From positions 1-35,309 of the IMG/VR virus record IMGVR_UViG_3300029787_000163: a stretch of 35,309 bases of DNA. One strand, given 5' to 3'. This document shows positions 1-7,030 of this stretch, in pieces. This DNA comes from a virus. Lineage: Duplodnaviria; Caudoviricetes. Below the pieces are notes generated by a model. It was not told the origin of the DNA and ran no database searches. It saw nothing but the letters and a program-made list of their open reading frames with translations. The position numbers and the translations under genes are program-made. Each line of letters begins with the position of its first letter. The stretch's first letter is position 1.

Positions 1-100
1 ATTCTTCACCTCTCTCTTTTTTGCGTTTGATAAATTCAGCATAAGCTTTTGCAAATGCATTTGGGTCGGGTATAAATTCAATTACTATTGTCTTACCCAT
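1..100 (-). CDS. Small hypothetical protein, 3'-truncated by window edge (allele of 34248-34355)
   Basis: Hand translation MGKTIVIEFIPDPNAFAKAYAEFIKRKKERGEE; frame preserved in the second allele. Confidence 0.65.
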   Translation of the reverse strand, partial: MGKTIVIEFIPDPNAFAKAYAEFIKRKKERGEE

Positions 101-400
101 TTATGCTCCTCCGTAATAACCATGCCATTTTCCTTCATGGTAGAAAGTAGGTTCCCTTTCTTTCATATAAGCATCGTAAATACTATCATGCACAACCTCT
201 ATAATTTTATTACCTTTGCTATCTACTCTTCTAAATTCACTTTTTGGAAGAACCTCAATTTCAAAAGAATCGCACCATTTAACTGCTATCTCATTGTGTA
301 AATAATCTTGAATTATAAAAGTCCTATAATTCTCTCTGTTGTTTTGCCAATAAATCATCATTTTTCCAATGCTCACAGGGTTAGTGTATTTTTTAACCAT
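101..400 (-). CDS. Hypothetical protein, first gene of promoter-module cassette (allele A only)
   Basis: 99 aa ORF; ATG 21 nt from TATA at 421-428. Confidence 0.8.
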   Translation of the reverse strand: MVKKYTNPVSIGKMMIYWQNNRENYRTFIIQDYLHNEIAVKWCDSFEIEVLPKSEFRRVDSKGNKIIEVVHDSIYDAYMKEREPTFYHEGKWHGYYGGA

Positions 401-499
401 AGCATATTAGTTTACCAAGCATATATAAGCTTTTACCTTATGTTTTGTGCTTAGGCCTATATTTTCTAGAGCTAATTCAGATTCCGAAAGCATATATAA
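401..499. promoter_or_regulatory. Double-TATA promoter module 1
   Basis: Minus-strand AAAAGC-TTATATAT (421-434); TTTGTGCTTA box 444-453; plus-strand CCGAAAG-CATATATAA 484-499. Confidence 0.85.
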
Positions 500-601
500 T
501 TACAACCTTTTCAGAGTTGCAAGTGAGTACAATGCCCAAGCAATCATTGTAATCAAAACTGCCATTAAAAATCCTGCAATTATTTCAAGAACGATTTCCA
601 A
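500..601 (-). CDS. 33 aa single-TM membrane peptide (TTG start)
   Basis: LEIVLEIIAGFLMAVLITMIAWALYSLATLKRL; GGAG upstream; allele at 34821-34922 has one aa change and several synonymous changes. Confidence 0.7.
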   Translation of the reverse strand: MEIVLEIIAGFLMAVLITMIAWALYSLATLKRL

Positions 602-776
602 CCATGTCTCCTACTATCGGCGTATAGATAGATTCTATTTTGCATTTGTAACAATCAACCACAGGCCTGCCATTCTTTTTATTTTCTTCACTAAACATAA
701 AATGATGTTTCTCTAAATGTCGATGTTCTTCTTCCCAACGCTCTCCGCAAAGAAAACAATCAAATCTCCATCTCAT
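585..776 (-). CDS. Zinc-ribbon micro-protein
   Basis: CFLC...CYKC; 60/63 aa identical to allele 34906-35097. Confidence 0.85.
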   Translation of the reverse strand: MRWRFDCFLCGERWEEEHRHLEKHHFMFSEENKKNGRPVVDCYKCKIESIYTPIVGDMVGNRS

Positions 777-910
777 TTAATCAACTCCAAACATTTTTTA
801 CAATTTACAAAACTGATATGTCTATTTGTCATAATCCTATATTCCTGTTTTGTACAGCTATATCCACAAAGTGTTGTTTGTTCACTGTGTCCTGCTTTGT
901 GTCGCTTCAT
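773..910 (-). CDS. 45 aa zinc-finger micro-protein (not in ORF track)
   Basis: MKRHKAGHSEQTTLCGYSCTKQEYRIMTNRHISFVNCKKCLELIK; start/stop overlap neighbours; same-length allele at 35094-35231. Confidence 0.8.
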   Translation of the reverse strand: MKRHKAGHSEQTTLCGYSCTKQEYRIMTNRHISFVNCKKCLELIK

Positions 911-1095
911 TAATCTATCGTAATAACGGACCCTTGAAAACAGTTGTTGATGTCAGATACACCGTGTTTAAGCTTAACATAGCAATGCTTACAATGAATC
1001 TTGTCTTCTGCCATTGTACTCCATTTAGCAATCGCTTCTTTGCATTCTGGACATACCTTCCATTCTTCTTTTGTTAACGGATTGCCTTTGTTCAT
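910..1095 (-). CDS. Zinc-finger micro-protein
   Basis: CPEC...CKHC; GGAGG upstream; ATGA overlap. Confidence 0.8.
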   Translation of the reverse strand: MNKGNPLTKEEWKVCPECKEAIAKWSTMAEDKIHCKHCYVKLKHGVSDINNCFQGSVITID

Positions 1096-1442
1096 AAACC
1101 CTCCAACAAACTTTCTAATGACTTTACTGGCTCTTTATTCTCCTTAATCCAAACAGGTACATAATCTAGCTCAGCACTTAATTTACCTCTTAGATAAACA
1201 TTGCCATAACTATCAATCTTTGCTCTGCCACCTTTTGGCAATAATTGACTCCTTAACCAATTAGCAAATTTATTACTATTGCTGTCTTGTTCATCTAACA
1301 CTTTCTTTTCAGTTCTATTCCAAATCTTACCTGAAGTGTGTACTGATATTGTAGTGTAAACTTGGTCATTGCCTGCGTAATCTATTGGCATTATAATTTC
1401 TTCTTTGTTCACCCACTCACCCCCATTTCTCAACAAGTGCAA
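1092..1442 (-). CDS. Hypothetical protein (true start probably GTG at 1412)
   Basis: ORF; GGGGTGA SD-like sequence precedes the GTG of VNKEEI. Confidence 0.7.
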   Translation of the reverse strand: MHLLRNGGEWVNKEEIIMPIDYAGNDQVYTTISVHTSGKIWNRTEKKVLDEQDSNSNKFANWLRSQLLPKGGRAKIDSYGNVYLRGKLSAELDYVPVWIKENKEPVKSLESLLEGL

Positions 1443-1668
1443 AGAATTTATCTTGAGCTGTCATTCTTTTACCTTTCTTGGTTAAAGTATAGCTTGCTCT
1501 AGATTCTTCTACCTTTTCTATGTGGTCTGCTAATATAATCCACATTGCTTCTGACACATTGTCAAAATTATCTCTCATCCAATCTAGGATGTACTCTTTC
1601 TCTTTATCAATACCTACATGAAGTAGGACTGACTTTCCACTGTTGTTGTATTCTTTTCTTCGGGTCAA
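1417..1668 (-). CDS. Putative DNA-binding protein, possibly ribbon-helix-helix
   Basis: Strand (SVLLHVGI), helix, NVSEAMWIILADHI pattern; GAGGAG SD. Confidence 0.5.
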   Translation of the reverse strand: MTRRKEYNNSGKSVLLHVGIDKEKEYILDWMRDNFDNVSEAMWIILADHIEKVEESRASYTLTKKGKRMTAQDKFFALVEKWG

Positions 1669-1669
1669 T

Positions 1670-2110
1670 TTACATCTCCTCTGGTAATAGCAATTGTCTA
1701 ACTCTAACTTCTCTTTGAAGAGATTGCGACCATCGTGGTTCCCAATCAGTTTCCCAATCTATTTTAATTTGGTCACCTGCCCAAACCTTTTCTACAACTC
1801 GACCTTCATCACTTGGTCTACCTCCTAAGTATCTACCAGAATCCCAATCCCAATCATCATCTAAACTTAATATTTCATAATGAGGGTCTATAGTAAGACC
1901 ATCAACTTCAAGCCAATAATGTGTTTTACCTTTTATTGTACCTTCAATAAATCTAACTTGTTTTTTTTCTGATTGTTTTAATTTTCTTATAACACTGAAA
2001 CAAGTCCACCAACATCTGTTATCTGCTGGATGAATTTTGTCGTATACTTCGTAAAGTATTTTTTCAGGCAATGTGAATTCTTTTTCGGTTGTTGAGTTCA
2101 TTTGTCTCAT
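1670..2110 (-). CDS. Transglutaminase/papain-like cysteine-enzyme fold protein
   Basis: NRCWWTC ... GKTHYWLEVDGLTIDP gives the Cys-His-Asp arrangement of the transglutaminase-like superfamily. Confidence 0.6.
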   Translation of the reverse strand: MRQMNSTTEKEFTLPEKILYEVYDKIHPADNRCWWTCFSVIRKLKQSEKKQVRFIEGTIKGKTHYWLEVDGLTIDPHYEILSLDDDWDWDSGRYLGGRPSDEGRVVEKVWAGDQIKIDWETDWEPRWSQSLQREVRVRQLLLPEEM

Positions 2111-2209
2111 AATATACTAGTTTGGTAAGCATATATAAGCTTTTACCATATGTTTTGTGCTTAACCCTATATTTTCTAGCTACAAAATAGATTCCGAAAG
2201 GTTATAGAA
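2111..2209. promoter_or_regulatory. Double-TATA promoter module 2
   Basis: TATA 2131-2138; TTTGTGCTTA 2154-2163; CCGAAAG-GTTATAGAA 2194-2209. Confidence 0.85.
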
Positions 2210-2239
2210 AAAGTGGCCTTTTCTTGGAGGGCAAGGCCA
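2208..2239 (-). terminator. Hairpin + oligo-U at 3' end of candidate RNA
   Basis: UGGCCUU (2239-2233) pairs with AAGGCCA (2220-2214), followed by CUUUUU. Confidence 0.55.
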
Positions 2240-3206
2240 AGCCCTTCTTGCGCTTGTAACACCTTGCAAGAAAAGGTTCCAATGGGAAACAAAAACCCAT
2301 TGTTACTGTAATGTTGTCAAGCAAACGGCTTCTGTGACTAAGAGAGCTACTCTTAGAAAGCATTGACTTCTTTAAGTTACCCAAAGGGTGGTTTACTACA
2401 AGGTTTCGAATCTTGCATTTTCAAATTTAATCTCTCTGGCGACTGGTCGCTAAGAGAACCGTTTGCGTATGACTGTATTGCCTTTTCCCTGATAAAAGAG
2501 AAATTAAAATAAACAAATCCTTCATCTTATGCACAGACTTGTCGCCAACTTAGCGTCACTTATTTCAAAGTGTTAAGGCAACGGACTTTAGACCGTATCT
2601 ACATGAGGGGGCGTTCCTACGTCTCCTTCTGGGCAAGAGATAACCACACCTCTATGGTAACTGTTTATTTTAGGGCTAATGTATGTGTCAGCGCAAACTT
2701 GATGATAACACACATAATGGAATTACATATCCTCGGAAATTATTACACGGAGAAGGTGAACACTCCTATCGGCCCAGCCCCTTTTATTCCAACATACAAT
2801 CTGACAGATTGTAAGGTTCATTTGGGAAGTTAAAGTGGATACTTGCTGTTGATTGTCGTCAACGTGCGTTCTCTACGCTGTCAGCCCCGTTCCTACAAGT
2901 TTGCGTATGACTGTAATCGCCCCAGATACCTACTCCAGTTTGTATCTTTTGAAACTACTTCTGACCGAACCAGTGGAAACTACGCCTTCTGGAAGTGTAG
3001 CAGCTAACTCGCTTATGTTATGTTAGTCATCGTCACGTCTGTTCTTATGAACCTTCGGGAACTCAGCCATTATTTCGTTTCGGGGGCGTTTGTGTTTTGG
3101 TAAGAAGCCAGCCGTCGTAAGTGTCGCCACCTGTTAGCTGGTTGTTTCCAACCAAGTGTTGCAAAGAGGTTGGTTTGATGACCACACTAGGCCCCTAAGC
3201 AACAAT
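2208..3206 (-). ncRNA. Candidate ~1 kb structured non-coding RNA, family not recognised
   Basis: Only long stretch without a credible gene; own promoter with no ATG at the leaderless-start position; many hairpins incl. GNRA loops on minus strand; 17-nt internal repeat; ends in hairpin + U5. Confidence 0.7.
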
Positions 3207-3312
3207 ACTTTAGTAGATGGGGGTTATATAAGCCTTGTCTTGAGAAGTTAAGCACAAATTCTAAAAATCATGCAATTTCTAGCCTTTTTAGAAATCCCGA
3301 AAGCATATAGAA
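3207..3312. promoter_or_regulatory. Double-TATA promoter module 3 (inverted central box, 10 bp longer)
   Basis: TTATATAA 3224-3231; TAAGCACAAA 3249-3258; CCGAAAG-CATATAGAA 3297-3312; 3211-3223 identical to 8280-8292. Confidence 0.85.
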
Positions 3313-3313
3313 C

Positions 3314-4777
3314 CTAGAAGTTATCCCAGCTTGTAACACGAATTCCTCGCTTATCTATATCTTGTATTGCCAACTCACACATCCACAGTGATATTACTGC
3401 ATCTGATGTATGTCCATCCAATCTACCATTCTTACCCCACATTAATCTAGACAATCCCTCTACCAACTTCCTAGAGCCAACTGGCCCTGACTTGTTTACT
3501 GACTTATCCCAAGGTATAATGTATTTGCCTTGTTCTAGAGCCAAAGCTATCCTAGGGATACCAATCTGTGCATGATGCTTTTCCGAGCCTGTTCTGTGGC
3601 CCTGAACGGGCAAAGATGCCAAATCCTTAGCAGCGTGTGCCACCAGTCTCTGGAACCCATTAGTCTCTACCATAATCATTGTAGGATTGTGTTTCTCTGC
3701 TAATGATACCAGATTGTTTACCTGAGATGTCAACCAGCCTGCTCCTTCTGCTTTTACCTTACCACACCACTGATACAATATCTGACGCACCTTAGTATCT
3801 CTATCATAAGATACAACTGTGTATGCAGTCTCATCATTTGTAGTATCAAGTCCTACAGCCAAATCTACGCCTATTACAATATCAGTATCTCCAATCGGTT
3901 TGTCAAATCCTAGCGATTCATCTAAGCATGGTTCAATAACTCCCCAAGGAATCACAGCAGTTTCTGGGTCTAATGGATTTAACAGATACTCAGATTCAAA
4001 AGCTCTAGTTCCCATTGAATGTCTTTCTGCTTCTAATCTACCTACTGTCCAATACTCAGGCCATCTAGGTTTACCTTCTTCATCTAAGGCAGGATGCCAA
4101 ACGTGCGCCCAGTCTGGACTCTGCCTAACCCAATCTGTCGCATCTCCTATTCTTTTCTGCGTACCAATTAACAATATCTTGCCTTCTGGCAATCTCATCG
4201 GCATTACAACTCTTTTGATAAAATGTATAACTCTGTCATCTGACATCCTAGGAAACTCCTCTAGAATATCATCCAGAATTATTAGATGAACGTGAGGACC
4301 TTCCAAAGATTTGCTAGTAGATGCAGCTCTAATCCTACTCTCATTGTTAAAATATTTCTGACTCTTTTTCCAAGAACCACTATCTTCTTTGCCTTTGATT
4401 AGTGGTGCCAAACGCCAAGACCTTTTACACAATTCTTCAAACTGTTCTAACTTGTCAATCGCTTGGTCAAGAGTTGCAGATACATACAATGCTTTGTAGT
4501 TAGGATATTTAGACATCATGTATGCACAATACGTCAAAGTAAACGTAGTCTTCAAGTGACCTCTTGCACACATTATTCCAATGTATCTTTTATCAGAATT
4601 GATTGTATCATACCAGCTCTGATGCATATCTCCTAATGGAACGTATTCACTAGGCTCCATACGCATAAAATCTGTAAGGACTGCATTTGCAAAATCCATA
4701 AACTCTAATTCTTCTTGCACTAAACCTTTAGCAAGTAAGTGTTGTGTAAACTGTTCTAATCCTTCGATGCTCGCCAT
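3314..4777 (-). CDS. terL: Terminase large subunit
   Basis: Walker A ARGHLKT, Walker B LIILDD, LLIGT coupling motif, RNase H-like IGVDLA. Confidence 0.97.
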   Translation of the reverse strand: MASIEGLEQFTQHLLAKGLVQEELEFMDFANAVLTDFMRMEPSEYVPLGDMHQSWYDTINSDKRYIGIMCARGHLKTTFTLTYCAYMMSKYPNYKALYVSATLDQAIDKLEQFEELCKRSWRLAPLIKGKEDSGSWKKSQKYFNNESRIRAASTSKSLEGPHVHLIILDDILEEFPRMSDDRVIHFIKRVVMPMRLPEGKILLIGTQKRIGDATDWVRQSPDWAHVWHPALDEEGKPRWPEYWTVGRLEAERHSMGTRAFESEYLLNPLDPETAVIPWGVIEPCLDESLGFDKPIGDTDIVIGVDLAVGLDTTNDETAYTVVSYDRDTKVRQILYQWCGKVKAEGAGWLTSQVNNLVSLAEKHNPTMIMVETNGFQRLVAHAAKDLASLPVQGHRTGSEKHHAQIGIPRIALALEQGKYIIPWDKSVNKSGPVGSRKLVEGLSRLMWGKNGRLDGHTSDAVISLWMCELAIQDIDKRGIRVTSWDNF

Positions 4778-4911
4778 TTGTTAACGTGTTCCTCGTTAAT
4801 ACTTACTGTAAGATACTTAGGGTTCTGGTCATACAGATAGTCTGATAAATCCTGAATGTTATCTGTTTCATAGATTACTTTACCTGTTTCACTATCGCAA
4901 ATCCTAAACAT
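4756..4911 (-). CDS. 51 aa hypothetical protein between terS and terL
   Basis: MFRICDSETGKVIYETDNIQDLSDYL...; TAATG coupling to terS. Confidence 0.6.
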   Translation of the reverse strand: MFRICDSETGKVIYETDNIQDLSDYLYDQNPKYLTVSINEEHVNKWRASKD

Positions 4912-5396
4912 TACTCCAAATCCCTAACCAATTCTACCCAATTTCTAATTACTAAATTAATCTGCTCTTGTGATAAACCTGCGTTCTTCATTGCCTCAGG
5001 CATCTTGTCTGCAATCTCCCGAATCAAAGTATCCTGTAAATCTTTTGCACCCTCTAGACGTTGCAGCTCTCTGATTACAGAAACCATCTCGTAAGCTCTA
5101 ATCTCTGACGTACTCCTATCTAGTTGCGATGTAAATTTAGACTGTATTGATTGCAGTGTCTTAATGTTCCTTATAGTAGAACGGGTGCTGTTTGTTGCAG
5201 TTTCTTGCTGTACAACTTTTCTTTGTTTGTCTAGTAAAGATTGCCAATCACCTTGCTTAGCCCAAGTCTTTACAGTGTTATGAGCTATAGAGTTATTGTA
5301 TTGCTCTTTTATCTTATTTGCAATAGTCTTGTATCCCATTCCTTGCAGAAAGAATACTCTTGCTTCTTCTTTTATGCTATCATCATAACGAGGCAT
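4911..5396 (-). CDS. terS: Putative terminase small subunit (N-terminal HTH)
   Basis: QGMGYKTIANKI...HNTVKTWAKQGDW HTH; helical C-terminus; upstream of terL. Confidence 0.75.
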   Translation of the reverse strand: MPRYDDSIKEEARVFFLQGMGYKTIANKIKEQYNNSIAHNTVKTWAKQGDWQSLLDKQRKVVQQETATNSTRSTIRNIKTLQSIQSKFTSQLDRSTSEIRAYEMVSVIRELQRLEGAKDLQDTLIREIADKMPEAMKNAGLSQEQINLVIRNWVELVRDLE

Positions 5397-5566
5397 TAAT
5401 CCTCTTCATGTTTCCAATCTTTAACGTAAGATTTGATAACTTGTCTAGCAAGTTCTGATACTGGTCTACCTTGTTGTTCAGCTATCTTACTAAACTCATC
5501 CCAACTATTCTTAGTTCCTTTGGGAAAGGTTAGCAAATACTGATACGGTCTGTTCTTGTATGCCAT
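5396..5566 (-). CDS. Ribbon-helix-helix regulator, 56 aa (not in ORF track)
   Basis: YQYLLTFPKGTKNSWDEFSKIAEQQGRPVSELARQVIKSYV; TAATG overlap with terS. Confidence 0.8.
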   Translation of the reverse strand: MAYKNRPYQYLLTFPKGTKNSWDEFSKIAEQQGRPVSELARQVIKSYVKDWKHEED

Positions 5567-5583
5567 GTTAATCCATCCGATTA

Positions 5584-5600
5584 GGGGTTATATAACTCTC
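5584..5600 (-). promoter_or_regulatory. TATA box for RHH-terS-terL operon
   Basis: TTATATAA 5588-5595, 22 nt from ATG 5566, overlapping the stop codon of the upstream gene. Confidence 0.65.
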
Positions 5601-6163
5601 CTTTCTTTTAACCAGAAGCTCCAATCTTTCTCTGGATACTTCAATGCTATCCAAGCCATCTGAGTTTCTGTTATGTTCATATTATCAAGATAACTTGTTC
5701 TTTCTTTAACTGTATCAATACTAGGTAAGAGTCTAGCGAAATCATCTCCATCTTCTACCCATCTACCAAAACTACGTTTAAGTGAACCAAACTTATCTTT
5801 CTTGTATGCTAACATCCAATCATTATCTCTAGTAGCTTGTACTTCAATTGCTTTGTCAGAAGTTCTAACTTCTGTAAGTCTATCTTCCAAGACAGCTAAG
5901 TTATGTTCTTCGTTTTCTAACTCTGCTTGTATTTTCTTGTATTCGAATCTCTTAGTAGATATCTTAGTTCTAAGTTCTTCTGTTTGTAGTGTTAAAGACA
6001 TTACATCATTCTTTTCATCCATCAATCTGATAATTGACATCTCTATCATTTCAGACATTGACCTGCCTCTACACCAACCCTTAAATCTCTCCCATAATTG
6101 TGGAGATACTGATATTCCTCTAACGATTCTAACCTCGTTACTATTCTTTCTTTTTCTACCCAT
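5588..6163 (-). CDS. RHH-like N-terminal domain + coiled-coil protein
   Basis: GISVSPQLWERFKGWCRGRSMSEMIEMSI followed by heptad-rich helix; GAGGT SD. Confidence 0.7.
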   Translation of the reverse strand: MGRKRKNSNEVRIVRGISVSPQLWERFKGWCRGRSMSEMIEMSIIRLMDEKNDVMSLTLQTEELRTKISTKRFEYKKIQAELENEEHNLAVLEDRLTEVRTSDKAIEVQATRDNDWMLAYKKDKFGSLKRSFGRWVEDGDDFARLLPSIDTVKERTSYLDNMNITETQMAWIALKYPEKDWSFWLKERRVI

Positions 6164-6199
6164 TTTATGACCTCTGGAAACTTGGGATACTATAACCTA

Positions 6200-6260
6200 T
6201 TAAATAATTATTTGTTATATATCATATATAAAATCTTATATATATTATATAAGAAAAAAA
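6200..6260. other. Very AT-rich triple-palindrome element (candidate origin or promoter)
   Basis: AAATAATTATTT 6202-6213; TTATATAT-C-ATATATAA 6215-6231; TCTTATATA-TAT-TATATAAGA 6234-6254; then an A-run. Confidence 0.45.
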
Positions 6261-6326
6261 GGTTATTGTTCCTCCTCTAGTTCTTTCTTTAGTTTGGCTA
6301 TATAGGATTCCCATTTAGCTATTACT

Positions 6327-6431
6327 TTATCTGAATCCACTGTTAATCCTCTCTCTTAGCCAGTTAACACCAGTCCAAAATCCTACAATAAAAGATACAA
6401 TACAAAAGAATAAAGCTAGTACATTACTCAT
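6327..6431 (-). CDS. 34 aa single-TM peptide
   Basis: MSNVLALFFCIVSFIVGFWTGVNWLRERINSGFR. Confidence 0.55.
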   Translation of the reverse strand: MSNVLALFFCIVSFIVGFWTGVNWLRERINSGFR

Positions 6432-6615
6432 CTTTCTTTTCCTCTAGTATATCTCGCATCATATTCTTCATTAATATCATCATCATTCCTAGACCTGTTT
6501 CAAATGCTTCCAATTCTTTGTCTTCATATTCCATGACATTCTTAGCTCCAAAGTTTCCTGCATGAACTATTAGGTCGTTCAGTAAAACTACCCAAGCATC
6601 TTTCACACTACTCAT
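6424..6615 (-). CDS. Hypothetical protein (start moved to MSSVKD)
   Basis: Part of ORF 6424-6651; GGGAG upstream of ATG 6615; upstream part overlaps a Zn-finger ORF. Confidence 0.65.
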   Translation of the reverse strand: MSSVKDAWVVLLNDLIVHAGNFGAKNVMEYEDKELEAFETGLGMMMILMKNMMRDILEEKKDE

Positions 6616-6712
6616 TTCTACACTCCCTGCAAAAGCCACCAGTGTATTCATATTCGTTAGTAGACATTATGTATCCGCAACATTTGCATCGCCAATGATT
6701 AGTTTCATTCAT
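6608..6712 (-). CDS. 34 aa zinc-finger micro-protein
   Basis: MNETNHWRCKCCGYIMSTNEYEYTGGFCRECRNE; GGTGAG SD. Confidence 0.7.
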   Translation of the reverse strand: MNETNHWRCKCCGYIMSTNEYEYTGGFCRECRNE

Positions 6713-6800
6713 AACACTCACCACACCTTAAACAACACATCTCAAAGAGATAAGCTCCACAAGCAGGACAGGCTTCTTCATCGTATTCTGTAATACTCAT
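6705..6800 (-). CDS. 31 aa Cys-rich micro-protein
   Basis: MSITEYDEEACPACGAYLFEMCCLRCGECYE; GAGGT SD; ATGA overlap. Confidence 0.7.
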   Translation of the reverse strand: MSITEYDEEACPACGAYLFEMCCLRCGECYE

Positions 6801-7030
6801 TGTTTACCTCTGCTTAGTGCAGCAGCTTCTTTAGCATCTGCTACAGCTTCTAAGACCTTTAGTTTAACGCTCTTTCTTAATTGTCTAAAACTGTAATCTT
6901 GAATCTTGTCGTCTACCTTTTCTCTAGCATCTAAAGTAACTGTTTCACTAACATCAACACGAATAGATTCATACTGCTGAGAACCAGCAACTGTGATTCC
7001 CATCTTTACTGTGTATCCTTCAGTTTCCAT
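6797..7030 (-). CDS. Hypothetical protein
   Basis: 77 aa ORF; GGAGGT SD. Confidence 0.8.
   Translation of the reverse strand: METEGYTVKMGITVAGSQQYESIRVDVSETVTLDAREKVDDKIQDYSFRQLRKSVKLKVLEAVADAKEAAALSRGKQ

Larger units (their letters stand above)
1..988. repeat. Imperfect terminal repeat, copy A (allele of 34256-35309)
   Basis: 1-58 identical to 34256-34313; 912-988 identical to 35233-35309 (77 nt); interior diverged, with different genes after the promoter. Confidence 0.95.

Noticed and set aside
401-499. Promoter modules as integron attC sites or IS ends
   Set aside because: No integrase or transposase, no long inverted-repeat structure; motifs fit BRE/TATA with fixed distance to ATG.
2395-2420. 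tRNA suggested by GGTTTCGAATC
   Set aside because: Only a T-loop-like hairpin; no acceptor, D or anticodon arms could be built on either strand.
2202-2833. ORFs 2202-2384 (-) and 2570-2833 (+) inside the candidate RNA
   Set aside because: TTG/GTG starts with no coupling to neighbours or promoter at leaderless distance, atypical composition, and they overlap strong stems; cannot be fully excluded without homologues.
2461-2915. CRISPR mini-array from the 17-nt repeat
   Set aside because: Two copies 438 nt apart; not repeat-spacer geometry; no cas genes.
2208-3206. Assignment as tmRNA, group I/II intron, RNase P or hammerhead
   Set aside because: GGGGCUG and ACAGUC fragments are suggestive, but I could not find a tRNA-like 3' end, an interrupted host gene or complete catalytic cores; needs a covariance-model search.
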